A stretch of DNA of 64,000 nucleotides from Candidatus Thorarchaeota archaeon (lineage in GTDB: Archaea; Asgardarchaeota; Thorarchaeia; Thorarchaeales; Thorarchaeaceae), in the NCBI GenBank assembly GCA_046482545.1, contig JAWOEX010000038.1, forward strand, positions 1 to 64,000. The letters run 5' to 3'. The position numbers and the translations under genes are program-made. Of the stretch, positions 52,201-62,822 are shown one piece after another. Under the pieces are notes generated by a model that saw only the letters and a program-made list of their open reading frames with translations, had not been told where the DNA came from and did no database searches. Position 1 is the stretch's first letter, and the number at the start of each line of letters is the position of its first letter.

Positions 52201-52893
52201 AAATCCGTTCTGCTCAAACTTGACATACAGTTCCTTACCCAAAAGAGCCTGTAAACCTGCGTCATCAAGATTAGTAGGCTTGTAAGTCCTGTTGGTTCTA
52301 GAGTAGTTGCCGTTCGTCCTCGAAAGATATCCAGCTTCTACAAGACGGTCTAGGTGCCGTTTCACTGCACTATTGGTGTTCTCCTGCAAAAATTCATGCT
52401 TATTGATGTATTCAGTCAACTTGGTAACAGACAACGACTCCAGTGACTCTTCTAGAGCCTTGACCAGAAGATCTCGAATTAGTTTCCCTTTGAGATGAGG
52501 TTCCAGAGTAATATGAAGAGGAATGGCTTCGGGGGCTTTGGAATGCATATAGTTGAGCGGTGCATTCAGCGCAATCAGACTACGCAAAGAACAGACCAAA
52601 CCCGCGGTGTGTCCCTCTTTCAGGGCACTACGTAGAGATTGAACAGTTTTCTCGTAGTTGTCAAATAGCGCATAGAAGCGGCTCTTCATGCCTACAGTCA
52701 AGCCTTTTTCGAGACTAGCTTCGAATTCTCGGTGTATTCTGGTTGCGAAAGATTGAGCTTGCCAACAGTCAATTGCTAAAGATTGCTCTTGCCGCAGGTC
52801 GATGTCTAGAGGAATGGGAAGCTTTGTGAGTTGTGATCTTCTGTCATCCAGAAGGCTTTCACCATTCTTAAAATCGGTTTCCCCTTTTGTCAC
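49300..52893 (-). CDS. Large SF2 (DExH, XPB/ResIII-like) helicase/ATPase with an N-terminal wHTH
   Basis: PRPYQ, APTGSGKT, LDEVH, FSGT, RTGWDV, QQLRGRTMR; wHTH AVKRHLDRLVEAGYL. Confidence 0.85.
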   Translation of the reverse strand: MTKGETDFKNGESLLDDRRSQLTKLPIPLDIDLRQEQSLAIDCWQAQSFATRIHREFEASLEKGLTVGMKSRFYALFDNYEKTVQSLRSALKEGHTAGLVCSLRSLIALNAPLNYMHSKAPEAIPLHITLEPHLKGKLIRDLLVKALEESLESLSVTKLTEYINKHEFLQENTNSAVKRHLDRLVEAGYLSRTNGNYSRTNRTYKPTNLDDAGLQALLGKELYVKFEQNGFPGISNINNKAAEFKRFFEEMTDTGGLVSELFLATITDLLGPESEKPEMEQWHYSDLIGSSIPRPYQRDAFTIFRGHGYQGPLIEAPTGSGKTLIGMMAIQDWLKTASPSESILVLVPTMNYEQQWVRELCYKSIGLHLSPDDVFAGTPTDYRMKREKSKNPPVVLIMTYAGLAQLGSPKGKGGFDKISVERFLQGSNTRYVILDEVHKVVQDMNGVSAAVARLLVDWLNDGSMEGLIGFSGTAKAFRERFHELGLELVYVVPAVDLIAYGFVAPFGEFGVPFTYSDRERKIRSLLSRYKSLLRDYIDLLGSHFLRNVFADIPFSQRMTIARDILDMYSYRKDQRDAIKARFGRWKTDGELGLNELSLISMVQIANNLSDEALVRRKLVGDLSRTQQETMIRFRRLLIKFRNVRLSLLDFLYSSNIASKLRVKGFGKSIDAEGFLESYKSIPTKKELEQRVQDILASTIAGLYSILRSLYYRMGEGRVEAISAIIKAERQARDLNSVIIFGRGKTLDWKSNVAEPGYSGVAGIFAQMLGQRGLSPMAVLSSEMYLPFSEKQSVPDKIASFIRRNIMGSELGETLFGLLTQSIRMPQKHLQSFRITFDEIIQSYIEGLDAVGAWRPVEFDTEVLHPLQEAVKELGLREQDTLLSRLDESYPHLEKWMRSFFDYALIASRFSDAMESELEQPSGDRQRFYVVEMAQGKKQQLMYDLAARIVDANNLRINVIIVSRWARTGWDVTTPNLLIDATATRNVTAWQQLRGRTMRALDSWDTDCYEAMMFLLGSRRGDTEKNDSGSKSSNEKNTSPIRLDKPTQNLMLEVIKNASIYIHDEGFKDSVVWKVRKGDLRLFTDEERIKLAVELMMLRNKVTHIYELVKAYGSTSQIRFDRRTEKWRRRSAVSRKHSHNFSVNPLTGEYCKGADHSPFIYVEDPRKYSPTTLRIHLVKMLKGCDATIVEGWIREVIR

Positions 52894-52985
52894 TCACTAT
52901 GCCTCCGGTTTTCGCATATAGAACTGGGAGTCTATATCCACATATGGCAAACCGAGATTAGTAAGTTTTCAGTATAGTACCTTTT

Positions 52986-53645
52986 TTACTCCGTTGATTC
53001 AGCTTGAGCAGCTCTGCGTCCCTTTAGCAGAGCTACAGTGATACGTTCAATCAACTCTGTAGGACTAAATGGTTTGGTTATATAGTCATCCGCACCCGCA
53101 TCCAGACCTTCCATCATGTTTTGTTCCTCAGATTTTGAAGTCAGCATTAGCGCAACTGGAGCATCCTTGCCCATCTTCTTCTTGATTTCAGACACAACCT
53201 CATAGCCATTTTTCTTTGGCATCATGACATCAACGAGCATGACGTCAGGTCGTTTGTCAAGGACTGTGTCTACCCCCTCGGCACCATTTTGTGCGGTTAT
53301 CACACGAAATCCCTCTCTGGATAGCTTGATGCGAATCAGGCGGAGTATATCCTCCTCGTCATCAATTGCCACAACACGTGTTTTCCTTCGGGTTTTCCTT
53401 TTAGTAATGGCGGAAGGTGCTTTGTGCAGTTCACGGGCAACCAGTATGGCAGCTAGCAAGTAACCTAGAAATGCAACTGCAAGCTGGTGGTACCATTTAT
53501 TGGGACCGACATCTGGAAACAACGGAAACAATAAGAAGCCAAAATTGTGCCGAAGGAAGGGTAACAAGCCGCAAACCGTGCCAATGAAAATCAGAACTAA
53601 GGCAAGCACAATCACTGTTGCTTTCCTTCGCGTCATGACAGGCAA
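52986..53645 (-). CDS. Membrane-anchored response regulator receiver (2 TM plus REC, no output domain)
   Basis: Two N-terminal hydrophobic helices; IDDE, DVMMP, LTS, KPF. Confidence 0.88.
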   Translation of the reverse strand: MPVMTRRKATVIVLALVLIFIGTVCGLLPFLRHNFGFLLFPLFPDVGPNKWYHQLAVAFLGYLLAAILVARELHKAPSAITKRKTRRKTRVVAIDDEEDILRLIRIKLSREGFRVITAQNGAEGVDTVLDKRPDVMLVDVMMPKKNGYEVVSEIKKKMGKDAPVALMLTSKSEEQNMMEGLDAGADDYITKPFSPTELIERITVALLKGRRAAQAESTE

Positions 53646-53787
53646 ACCCTGTCAACACGCCTCATGGTTATATATAAAGCAATTATGGAAAAGGATAATC
53701 GAAAATTACCGAAAAATTAAACGAACGGGAATGTTCTTCGAGAAGAATTTAAGGGAGTGTGTACCCAAGCTTCAAGGAGAGATTCAC

Positions 53788-54669
53788 ATGACAATCAAAA
53801 AGATAGCAGTACTAGGTGCCGGCCAGATGGGTAATGGAATAGCCCAAGTCTGTGCTCAAGCAGGCTACGAAGTGGCAATGCGCGATATCAAGCAGGAGTT
53901 CTTAGATAAGGGCATGAAGACAATTCGAAAGAACCTTGAGAGAGGTTTGAAAAAGGACAAAATTACGGAAGAAGAAATAGAACAAGTGCTAGATTCTATA
54001 AACCCCGTACTTGATTTGGAAGAAGCCGTAAGTGACGCTGATTTAGTTATCGAGGCAGTTCCCGAAATTGTGAAGCTCAAATTGGAAGTTTGGGAGGATG
54101 TTGAAAACCTTGCGAATGACGATGCGGTATTTGCATCAAATACTTCAAGCATTAGCATTACGCAGATGGGAGCTGTGACAAAGAGACCGGAGAGGTTTAT
54201 CGGCATGCACTTCTTCAACCCTGTACCTGTTATGAAGCTCGTTGAGATTATCAGAGGGGTCGCAACAGAAGATGAAACGGTTGAAATCATTGAAGAAGTT
54301 GCAGCAGAGCTAGGAAAAGAAACGGTCCTTGTTGAAGAGGCACCAGGTTTTGCGGTCAATCGTTTGCTTGTCCCCGCCATAAACGAAGCCATTTTTGCTA
54401 TTCAGGAAGGTGTTGCGACTGTGGAGGACATGGACAAATCAATAGAACTAGGTTTGAATTGGCCAATGGGACCGCTCAAACTTGCTGACTTTGTAGGACT
54501 TGACACCTTGCTACATATCGCGGATTACTTCGTGGAAGAATTTAAGGATTCCAAATATCGAGCACCGCCGCTGCTCAGGAAACTTGTACGTGCAGGCTGG
54601 GTAGGCAGGAAGGCAGGAAAAGGCTTCTATGACTATTCGGGGGATAAGCCAGAACCCTTAGAATTCTAA
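53788..54669 (+). CDS. hbd: 3-hydroxybutyryl/3-hydroxyacyl-CoA dehydrogenase
   Basis: GAGQMGNGIAQ, IEAVPE, GMHFFNPVP, PMGPL. SD GGAG precedes ATG 53788. Confidence 0.93.
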   Translation: MTIKKIAVLGAGQMGNGIAQVCAQAGYEVAMRDIKQEFLDKGMKTIRKNLERGLKKDKITEEEIEQVLDSINPVLDLEEAVSDADLVIEAVPEIVKLKLEVWEDVENLANDDAVFASNTSSISITQMGAVTKRPERFIGMHFFNPVPVMKLVEIIRGVATEDETVEIIEEVAAELGKETVLVEEAPGFAVNRLLVPAINEAIFAIQEGVATVEDMDKSIELGLNWPMGPLKLADFVGLDTLLHIADYFVEEFKDSKYRAPPLLRKLVRAGWVGRKAGKGFYDYSGDKPEPLEF

Positions 54670-54844
54670 TGGAAGAGCGCGTTCAAGAGGATATGAAAAC
54701 AGGGGACCAATCCAGAGTTCCCTGTGCCTTTTTTGCGGCATGGAATGCAAGATAGGTTGCATCAATTTGGCGATTTTCTGAAAGCAAATTAGGATTCTGA
54801 AAAGTTAATAGACTCCAATGAACTATGCATGATTAGTGCTTTCT

Positions 54845-55687
54845 ATGGTTCATGAGGAAAAGGAGTATGTTGGTTACGACGGAAAGCGGATGTTTATGCA
54901 TCTGTGGAGACCCGCGGATGACAAGCCACGGGCTCTGATTGTGGCCATCCACGGGCTCGGAAGTCACGGTGGAGACATGAGAACCATAGGCGAGTTTCTT
55001 GCTGGACGGGATTTGGCGGTTTTCGCTCCTGACATGAGAGGTTTTGGACACTTCTCAGGGCTGAAAGGACATGTAATGGATTTCGACGAATACATCGAGG
55101 ATATGCATAACATCATCATGCAGGCAAAAGACCAGTACAAAAACAGAATCACCTTCGCTTACGGGCATTCCTTGGGAGGGCTACATGTTATTCGATACGC
55201 TCTGACCTATCCTAAAGAGATTGATGGGAGTATCCTTTCGTGTCCTGCAGTGTCGGAAACACTGGAAATCGGAAAGGGAACGAGACTAGTAGGCAAAATC
55301 TTGTCAGTTCTGAATGTCAAGAGATATTTTGAAAACGGGATAGAATACGAAGACCTCACAAGAAACAAAGAAGTAGTAGAAGCTCACAAAACAGACCCTC
55401 TCAGGTTTGATAAAATGACACCTCGCTTTGGTATATCTGCATTGAACGCACAGCAAGAAGCGATTGAAGCTTCTGAGATGATACGGCTGCCAGTACTCAT
55501 GCAGCAGGCGGGGGCGGATAAGTTAGTATCTCCAGAGAAAGCCAAACAATTCTTTGATCGTATTAGTGCGAAGGACAAGACCTGGAAGCTGTATGATGGA
55601 TTCTATCACGAGATATTCGAGGAGCCCGGCGGAGAACAGGTCTTAGCCGACCTCTACTCATGGCTAGAAAGAAGGATACCAAGATAG
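54845..55687 (+). CDS. Lysophospholipase / monoacylglycerol lipase (alpha/beta hydrolase)
   Basis: HGLGSH, DMRGFG, GHSLGG, D.LV, YHEI. Confidence 0.9.
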   Translation: MVHEEKEYVGYDGKRMFMHLWRPADDKPRALIVAIHGLGSHGGDMRTIGEFLAGRDLAVFAPDMRGFGHFSGLKGHVMDFDEYIEDMHNIIMQAKDQYKNRITFAYGHSLGGLHVIRYALTYPKEIDGSILSCPAVSETLEIGKGTRLVGKILSVLNVKRYFENGIEYEDLTRNKEVVEAHKTDPLRFDKMTPRFGISALNAQQEAIEASEMIRLPVLMQQAGADKLVSPEKAKQFFDRISAKDKTWKLYDGFYHEIFEEPGGEQVLADLYSWLERRIPR

Positions 55688-55787
55688 AAATCTGGGGTTT
55701 TGAAACACGAGGGAAAACTGAGAATGTAGAGTTCGAAAGCATTAAGAATTGTTCTTCCGTTCAATCTGAATCGAGTTCAAGTGGTGA

Positions 55788-56381
55788 GTGGATATGGCGA
55801 AGAAAAAGTACAGCTTCAAATGTCTAGAACAGAATTGCGAATCACAAGCGTGCCATCTTCGAGAACACGTCAATGTGACACTTGATGATTTGACAAGATG
55901 GACGGATGCCGGCTATCTGCAGAATATCCTACCCGGTTTGGTATTCAAGCTGCCCAAATCAGAGAATGAACAAATCAGGATTGTAACAATGAAAAAAGAC
56001 CTAGAGAACCAGGAAGGGACTGCTTGCATCTTCTATCACGAAGAATCAACAGCCTGTGAGATTGAATACAGTAGACCCATCTCTTGCAGAACCTATCCGC
56101 TCAAGTATAACGGCGACAAGTTCTACGTAAGCAATCGTGAATGCCCAGGAGTTGGAAAGGGCAAAATAAACCGAGAAAACTTGAAGAAAGCAAAAGAGAA
56201 AGCGGAACAGGACTTCAATGAAAGGAACAGAACAATATCGTCGCTGCCTGCGCTTTATAGCCTCATAATGGGTCAGCTCATGCAACAGTCAGCAGAGGCG
56301 ATGCAGGGACTCTCTGAAGAGGATCGCAAGCGAATTCAAGACATTATGTCAAAGCAAGAGCAACAAGAAGAAAGGGAATAG
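55788..56381 (+). CDS. YkgJ-family cysteine cluster protein
   Basis: CIFY....CEIEYSRPISCRTYP and CPGVG. Confidence 0.8.
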   Translation: MDMAKKKYSFKCLEQNCESQACHLREHVNVTLDDLTRWTDAGYLQNILPGLVFKLPKSENEQIRIVTMKKDLENQEGTACIFYHEESTACEIEYSRPISCRTYPLKYNGDKFYVSNRECPGVGKGKINRENLKKAKEKAEQDFNERNRTISSLPALYSLIMGQLMQQSAEAMQGLSEEDRKRIQDIMSKQEQQEERE

Positions 56382-56388
56382 CAACCCC

Positions 56389-57498
56389 TCAGCCTTCGAT
56401 TATTGCAAGGTCTCCAGGAGCATAGGTGAGGATCTCTAGGCCTTCTTCGGTTATGCAAACAAGGTCTTCCATCCTTATGCCGAATTCTCCGGGAAGGTAG
56501 ATTCCAGGCTCTATGCTATGAGTCATGCCGGGAGCCAATTCTAATGAATTACCGCGCACAAGATAAGGAGGCTCGTGAACTTGCAGTCCAATACCATGAC
56601 CTAGGCGGTGAGTGAAGTACTTGCCATATCCTTCAGATTCTATGATTCTCCTTGCAATTCCATCAGCGGATTCACACCGAATCCCTGGGCCAAGTTCCTC
56701 AAGTGCAGCTTTTTGCGCTTTGACCACTACATTATAGACCTCAAGCTGTTTTTCGGTGGGTTCTCCAACCACCCCAACTCTGGTCATATCAGTGTTATAC
56801 CCGTCGACAGCACAGCCACAGTCCAAAAGAATGATATCTTTGTCTTCTAGCCCCCGGTTGCTTGGCTCTGCATGGGGGAGTGCACTGTTCTCCCCGAATT
56901 GTACTGCGGCAAAAGTAGGTTCAGCCCCACTTTCGATGATTACATTCTCCACAATCTGTTTGAGATGCCTTTCAGTCATGCCTTTTTCAGCACTTCTTAG
57001 AGCGTTCATGACTGCTTCTTCTATTACTCGACCAGCCTTCTTCATAAGTTCCACCTCGTCTTTACTCTTGGTTAGACGCATGTCATCCACAAGTGGAGTA
57101 AGTGAGATTGTAGATGCGAACCCACCTAGTGCTTTCTTGAGATTCCAAAAGATACCCAGAGTCATATTCTCATCCAAGGCGATATGGGGTCCATCAGACT
57201 CCGCATCAATTGTTTGACCGATGAGTCGGTACGGATCCTCTTCCTCGGACCAAGGGATGAAATCATCAATCCAAGTTCTCTGTGAAATCTCTAAAAGCTC
57301 GAAATTTGGAACAATTAGAATCGGATCCTCATCGGATTGAATAATGAGAGCCACAAGCCTCTCACGCATTTCGTATTCTAGTCCTGTTAGGTACTGGAAA
57401 GTGGGTGAAGGAGTAACGAAAGCCACATCTGAGTTCATAGACATGATGAAGTCTTTGAGCGCAGAAACTCGTTCTTTGTAGACAGAAGTATTGAGCAT
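56389..57498 (-). CDS. pepQ: Xaa-Pro dipeptidase/aminopeptidase (M24)
   Basis: ALPH, DCG..DMTR, HRLGHGIGLQVHE, IEPGIY, RMED. Confidence 0.9.
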   Translation of the reverse strand: MLNTSVYKERVSALKDFIMSMNSDVAFVTPSPTFQYLTGLEYEMRERLVALIIQSDEDPILIVPNFELLEISQRTWIDDFIPWSEEEDPYRLIGQTIDAESDGPHIALDENMTLGIFWNLKKALGGFASTISLTPLVDDMRLTKSKDEVELMKKAGRVIEEAVMNALRSAEKGMTERHLKQIVENVIIESGAEPTFAAVQFGENSALPHAEPSNRGLEDKDIILLDCGCAVDGYNTDMTRVGVVGEPTEKQLEVYNVVVKAQKAALEELGPGIRCESADGIARRIIESEGYGKYFTHRLGHGIGLQVHEPPYLVRGNSLELAPGMTHSIEPGIYLPGEFGIRMEDLVCITEEGLEILTYAPGDLAIIEG

Positions 57499-57792
57499 TG
57501 CAGATGATAGCTCTCATTCATCCCAAATAATGGCTCCGATTCACACAGAAATTGCACTTCAAGGAGCGTATTTCATTATGGATCTAAATATCTCCAAGTT
57601 TTTAGATTCTCGGGCCCGTGTAAAAAGTCATACCAACATATCGGAGTGATTCATATTATTGTTCCTGATTGTCAATATCCGTGCGTGTGAATAGCCAATT
57701 GACAGCTCATTTGAGCTTCTCACAACAATTCCGCCTACTTTTTCCACAGAGCCTGTACTCTCACAAAGCTTAAATCATTAAACATGACTCAG

Positions 57793-57811
57793 TACATAGT
57801 ATCACTAGGTA
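57793..57811. promoter_or_regulatory. Probable PadR operator
   Basis: Inverted repeat TACATAGT-ATC-ACTAGGTA about 40 nt upstream of the padR start. Confidence 0.45.
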
Positions 57812-57850
57812 TCGTGACGGCATGAATAACAGAACAGAGGATTGTAGTCT

Positions 57851-58210
57851 TTGAAAAAGACAGAGAGTTTTGAGGACAGCTGGAAAGTAGAGATGCGCAG
57901 AGGGATACTTCAATATGCAATCCTAGCAATTGTAAGGAATAATCAAGATGGGATTCACGGGTATGGCATTGCCAAGGAACTCAACCAAAGAACTGATAGC
58001 GTTCTCAAAGTAAAGGATGGAACACTTTATCCCATCTTGCACAGACTTAGAAATGAGCGTCTCCTTAATGTTCATACCGAGAAATCTGATGCTGGGCCAA
58101 AACGGAAAGTGTACGTGCTCACCGCTGAAGGAGATAGAGTCCTAAGAGCAATGAATGTCATTCTCGACGAAATGATGGCGAAGCTGGAGCTGCTTAGAAA
58201 TGGAGAGTAA
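57851..58210 (+). CDS. PadR-family transcriptional regulator
   Basis: RRGIL, HGYGI, GTLYPILHRL, RKVYVLTAEG. Confidence 0.92.
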   Translation: MKKTESFEDSWKVEMRRGILQYAILAIVRNNQDGIHGYGIAKELNQRTDSVLKVKDGTLYPILHRLRNERLLNVHTEKSDAGPKRKVYVLTAEGDRVLRAMNVILDEMMAKLELLRNGE

Positions 58211-58664
58211 AGAAATCCAAAATCGAATTGAGGATTATCTCAACAAGGTCAGAATACGTTTGCCAGAAGGGGTCAATCGCAAAGAGATAATCGAGGAACT
58301 GAAAGTTCACATAAATGATGCTCTTTCAGACAAGTTGCACAACACTCCCTCAGAATCCCCAATGGCTCTGCTTGAGAATGTCCTGAATAGTTTGGGCTCT
58401 CCAGAAGAGATTGCTTCTGAATACCACAAGGAGATGTCCGAAGGCGCGGTTTGGACAGCTAAAAGAAAGAGAATGCTCCATATGATAGGGCGCCTTGTAG
58501 TAGTGTTGTTTGTTGTCCTTGTTGCTAGTCTATGGCTCTCAAGTAGAATACCGAGAATCGGTTTTGTTCCATTAGTCTTGATTCTACTGCTCTTTGCTAT
58601 ACCAGAATGGTTGATTAAGCTGTACCAAGGTGGAGTCTTTGTATTCCATGAAGAAGAGAATTAG
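58200..58664 (+). CDS. HAAS/DUF1700-like membrane protein (PadR partner)
   Basis: IEDYL...EIIEELKVHI...LGSPEEIA plus 2 TM. Confidence 0.8.
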   Translation: MESKEIQNRIEDYLNKVRIRLPEGVNRKEIIEELKVHINDALSDKLHNTPSESPMALLENVLNSLGSPEEIASEYHKEMSEGAVWTAKRKRMLHMIGRLVVVLFVVLVASLWLSSRIPRIGFVPLVLILLLFAIPEWLIKLYQGGVFVFHEEEN

Positions 58665-58698
58665 TTACCTTGATATGACGGCCGGTTAACATAGGGGT

Positions 58699-59268
58699 AT
58701 GTCTAAGAGTACACACTATTTCGATCATGCCTCGTCTGAGCACACAGACGTAGTGCTTAATACCGTAAAGGAGCATCTGAAAGAACATCCTGAAATCAAG
58801 CGCATTGTTGTCGCCACAACAGAGGGCTCAACGGGTGCAAGAGTAGCAGAGACGTTTTTTGATAAAGATGTCGTTGTGGTTACCCACATGACTGGCTTCT
58901 CCGAGCCAAATGAGAATGAGCTTAAGCCCGCTAACCGGAAAGAAATGGAAAAGCATGAAGCAGAAATCCTCACATCTACTCACGCCCTTGCCGGGATTGC
59001 AAGAAGTTTCAGAAAAGAACTCGGAACGTGGACTGCCACCGAACTGATGGCTGTGGCATTTCGTACATTTGGACAGGGAACAAAGGTCTGTGCTGAAATA
59101 GCAATGATGGCAGCTGATGCAGGCTTAGTTCGAATAGATGAGGATGTAATCTGTATCGGGGGTACCGGCAGAGGAGCAGACACAGCTTGGGTGATACAAC
59201 CAGCCAATACCAGTGCATTTCCAAATCTTAAGATGCGAGTTTGTCTGTGTAAACCACGGGATTTCTAG
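58699..59268 (+). CDS. Pyruvate kinase C-terminal-like protein (MTH1675 family)
   Basis: [38 protein letters not shown]. Confidence 0.85.
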   Translation: MSKSTHYFDHASSEHTDVVLNTVKEHLKEHPEIKRIVVATTEGSTGARVAETFFDKDVVVVTHMTGFSEPNENELKPANRKEMEKHEAEILTSTHALAGIARSFRKELGTWTATELMAVAFRTFGQGTKVCAEIAMMAADAGLVRIDEDVICIGGTGRGADTAWVIQPANTSAFPNLKMRVCLCKPRDF

Positions 59269-60296
59269 CTGAAGACATCCTTGAATTTGCTAAGGTACTC
59301 GCGCTGTTGGTCGCTGAGGTCTTCGGGTATAGCGATGTGGACTCGAACCAGCTGATCACCTTCCCTGCCGTCATCAGCATGGACACCTTTTCCGCGCATC
59401 CTGAATAATTTCCCGCCTCTCGTCCCAGCAGGTATGTCCATTTTGCTCTTTCCGTACATCGTGGGAACTTCAACTTCTCCCCCGAGAACTGCCACTGAAA
59501 ATGGTATGTCCATTTCCATGTAGACATGAAGCCCACGTCGAACAAACCGATCGTGTGACTCCACAGAAAAGACAACAATGAGATCTCCATAGGGTCCGCC
59601 TCTTGCACCAGCATTTCCTGCCCCCCGAATTCTCTGACCCATTCCATCTTCAATCCCCGCAGGAATTGGGACTTCAATTTCCTTTCTTTCAGTTTTCAGA
59701 CCTGAACCATTGCACTCAGGACACGGGGTGTCGATAATCTCGCCAGAGCCATGACAGCGTGGACAAGTTTGAGAAACGCGCATGAATCCACCCATCGACC
59801 GCATCACTTGCCCCCGTCCATGACACTGGGGACAGGTTCTAGGTGAGGTGCCTTCAGCCGCGCCAGTACCCCCGCACTCGTCACATTTTACTTTCCGTTT
59901 GAAAGCAATGTTCTTCTCAGTACCGAAAAATGCCTCTTCAAATGTGAGCTTGATTCTTATACGCAGGTCCTCGCCTGGCGGTGGACCGCTTCTGCGGCTG
60001 CGTCCAAAGCCCCCAAATCCTCCAAAAAACTGCTTGAAGAGATCCCCTAATCCGTCCATCCTGATGCCATCAGTGTCAGCAGTTCCAAATCGGTCATAAT
60101 TTGCTCTCTTCTCGGGGTCCTTCAAGACCTCGTATGCCTTGTTTATCTGCTTAAGCTTCTCTTCAGCTTTCTTGTTAGGATTTCGATCTGGGTGATACTT
60201 TTTTGCAAGCTTTCGATAGGCTCGCTTAATCTCATCCTGAGTGGCGTTTCTGTCCACCCCTAGGATGTCGTAATAGTCCTCTTCAGCCAAGCCCAT
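59265..60296 (-). CDS. dnaJ: Chaperone DnaJ
   Basis: HPD J domain and four CxxCxGxG repeats. Confidence 0.97.
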   Translation of the reverse strand: MGLAEEDYYDILGVDRNATQDEIKRAYRKLAKKYHPDRNPNKKAEEKLKQINKAYEVLKDPEKRANYDRFGTADTDGIRMDGLGDLFKQFFGGFGGFGRSRRSGPPPGEDLRIRIKLTFEEAFFGTEKNIAFKRKVKCDECGGTGAAEGTSPRTCPQCHGRGQVMRSMGGFMRVSQTCPRCHGSGEIIDTPCPECNGSGLKTERKEIEVPIPAGIEDGMGQRIRGAGNAGARGGPYGDLIVVFSVESHDRFVRRGLHVYMEMDIPFSVAVLGGEVEVPTMYGKSKMDIPAGTRGGKLFRMRGKGVHADDGREGDQLVRVHIAIPEDLSDQQREYLSKFKDVFS

Positions 60297-60314
60297 TCAC
60301 CAAGTGTCGAGAGC

Positions 60315-62210
60315 TTAGTCCTCATCGATGTCTTCGAAATCAACATCCACAACCGAGTCTTCATCGATGTCATCTTCACTCGATGAATCGCCAGTGCCTG
60401 CAGGACCCTGTGCTCCCATTTGACTTGGGTCAAAACCTGCGGCTCCCATCTGACTTGGATCAAAACCTTGTGCACCTGGGCCTCCTCCACCGTACACCTT
60501 CTGGGAGATTTCGTAGATTATCTCCTTTACAGATTCCGTGCCGGATTTCATTTTCTCAAGATCCTCCTCTTCGATCGCTTTCTTCAAAGACTCAGATTCT
60601 TTCTTGAGATTCTCCTTAAGATCATCAGGTACTTTGTCTTCGAAATCTTTTAGGAGTTTTTCGCCTTGGTAAATCATTTGATTAGCCGTATTCTTGGCAT
60701 CAATGATAGCCTCACGCTTCTTGTCCTCTTCAGCATACTTTTCTGCCTCTTCTACCATATCTTCAATTTCATCTTCAGAGAGGTTGGTAGTAGCCTTGAT
60801 TGTTATAGACTGCTCATTGCCGGTAGCTTTGTCCTCGGCCTTGACATTCACAATACCATTTGCATCGATATCAAAGGTAACTTCAATCTGTGGTGTCCCT
60901 CGTGGCGCTGGTGGGATACCCACGAGTTGAAACTTGCCAAGACTCATGTTATCCTTGGCGAGAGGACGTTCACCTTGTACAACATGAATATCAACAGCAG
61001 TCTGTCCGTCGGCAGCAGTAGTGAACACCTTGCTCTTTTTCGTTGGAATAGTTGTATTGCGAGGAATGAGAGGTGTTGCTTTGCCGCCAAGTGTTTCAAC
61101 GGCCAGTGTCAACGGAGTCACATCAAGCAATAGGATGTCCTTGGTTTCTCCTGAAAGAACACCTGCCTGAACGGCTGCGCCTAGAGCCACTACTTCATCC
61201 GGATTGATACTCTTTTCTCCTTCCTTGCCAAAGATGCCCCGTACGCTTTCTTGAATCATGGGCATCCGTGTAGCGCCTCCCACAAGCAGAATCTTATCAA
61301 CCTCTTCAGGTTCTAGCTTTGCATCAGATAGCGCACGACGCAAGGGACCCATAGTCTTTTGAACTAAGTCTTCGGTCATTTGTTCAAGCTTAGCCCTAGT
61401 AAGATCAAGGTCGATATGCTTGGGGCCGCTCTCATCAGCAGTAATGTAAGGCAAGTTGATGTTAGTCTCTTTCACTGTTGAAAGCTCAATCTTGGCTTGT
61501 TCGGCCGCTTCCTTGATTCTTTGCATGGCCGTCAAGTCTTCGGATAAATCGATGCCATGTTCCTTCTTGAACTCGTCTACTATCCAATCCATTACTCGCT
61601 GATCCCAATCATCGCCACCCAGCTTGGTGTCACCAGAAGTGGACATAACCTCGTAAACATCCTCAGCTACGTCTAGTATTGAGACATCGAAAGTACCTCC
61701 ACCAAGGTCATAGACAAGGACTTTCATCTCTTCCTTCTTGCCGAGACCGTAGGCGAGAGTTGATGCTGTAGGTTCATTGACAATTCTAAGAACATCCAAC
61801 CCTGCAATACGACCCGCATCCTTGGTGGCCTGTCGCTGACTATCATTGAAGTACGCAGGTACAGTAATTACTGCTTTTTCGATTTCCTCATCAAGATACT
61901 CTTTTGCATCGTTCTTCAGTTTCCTGAGAATCATCGCAGAGATTTCTTGGGGGGTGTACTGTTTATCATCAATCTCAACTGTGTAATCCTCACCCATGTG
62001 TCGCTTGATGGACCTAACAGTACGGTCAGGCATAGATATTGCCTGCCGCTTGGCCAGTTCCCCCACGATAATCTCGCCTTTCTCAGTTATGCCTACAACC
62101 GATGGAGTAAGCCTCTTCCCTTCCGCATTGGGAATTATCTGAGGCTTTCCTCCTTCCATATAGGCTATTCCGCTATTTGTAGTGCCCAAATCTATGCCAA
62201 CTACTGTCAA
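60315..62210 (-). CDS. dnaK: Chaperone DnaK (Hsp70)
   Basis: [24 protein letters not shown]. Confidence 0.98.
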   Translation of the reverse strand: MTVVGIDLGTTNSGIAYMEGGKPQIIPNAEGKRLTPSVVGITEKGEIIVGELAKRQAISMPDRTVRSIKRHMGEDYTVEIDDKQYTPQEISAMILRKLKNDAKEYLDEEIEKAVITVPAYFNDSQRQATKDAGRIAGLDVLRIVNEPTASTLAYGLGKKEEMKVLVYDLGGGTFDVSILDVAEDVYEVMSTSGDTKLGGDDWDQRVMDWIVDEFKKEHGIDLSEDLTAMQRIKEAAEQAKIELSTVKETNINLPYITADESGPKHIDLDLTRAKLEQMTEDLVQKTMGPLRRALSDAKLEPEEVDKILLVGGATRMPMIQESVRGIFGKEGEKSINPDEVVALGAAVQAGVLSGETKDILLLDVTPLTLAVETLGGKATPLIPRNTTIPTKKSKVFTTAADGQTAVDIHVVQGERPLAKDNMSLGKFQLVGIPPAPRGTPQIEVTFDIDANGIVNVKAEDKATGNEQSITIKATTNLSEDEIEDMVEEAEKYAEEDKKREAIIDAKNTANQMIYQGEKLLKDFEDKVPDDLKENLKKESESLKKAIEEEDLEKMKSGTESVKEIIYEISQKVYGGGGPGAQGFDPSQMGAAGFDPSQMGAQGPAGTGDSSSEDDIDEDSVVDVDFEDIDED

Positions 62211-62216
62211 TTTTAA

Positions 62217-62822
62217 TCACTCACCAGTATCATTACTTTTATCGTTACTATTGTCTGTTATATCCTCATCATCAATCTCATGTCTATTGACGCAAACAAG
62301 TGCAGGACGCAGCACCTTATTCCTCAGCATGTAACCCTTCTGGTATTCTTCTAGTACAATACCATCAGGTTCGCTAGGGTTATGTACTTTCTGAATCGCA
62401 TGTTGATAATACGGATCGAATTTCTCTTCACCACGGTCTATGGGGCGAACATCCTCATTGTTGAATATCTTTTCAATCTGTTTCCCAATCGCTGCAACTC
62501 CTTCTTTAGCTTCATGAGGATTCTTCTCGAAATCTACTTCCAGTGCTCTTTCCACGTTATCGTATACATCCAAGAGCTTCAGCAGGATTGATTCACCAGC
62601 AACTCCTCGTATTTCATCAATCCTCTTATTCATTCGCTTCTTGTAGTTCTGAAACTCTGCTTGGAGCCGATGAAGTCTGTCTGTCAATTCGTCCGTTTGC
62701 TCCTTATGCTCTAATAGTCTTTGCTCAAGATAGTTCTCAGGAGTCAGCTCAAATGCTTCTGGCTCAGTGGCCTCTTCGGATTTATCTGATATATTCATCG
62801 CAGTTTCCTCTTCATCCTGCAT
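62217..62822 (-). CDS. grpE: Nucleotide exchange factor GrpE
   Basis: AEFQNYKKR, FDPYYQHA, QKGY...LRPALV. Confidence 0.95.
   Translation of the reverse strand: MQDEEETAMNISDKSEEATEPEAFELTPENYLEQRLLEHKEQTDELTDRLHRLQAEFQNYKKRMNKRIDEIRGVAGESILLKLLDVYDNVERALEVDFEKNPHEAKEGVAAIGKQIEKIFNNEDVRPIDRGEEKFDPYYQHAIQKVHNPSEPDGIVLEEYQKGYMLRNKVLRPALVCVNRHEIDDEDITDNSNDKSNDTGE

Noticed and set aside
53500-53787. N-terminal extensions of hbd (also pyrE from 10546 and PAP2 from 37613)
   Set aside because: These come from longest-ORF calling and overlap neighbouring genes. Better-placed starts lie downstream.
60405-60480. 30-bp tandem repeat in dnaK (GFDPSQMGA twice)
   Set aside because: Ordinary low-complexity DnaK C-terminal tail.
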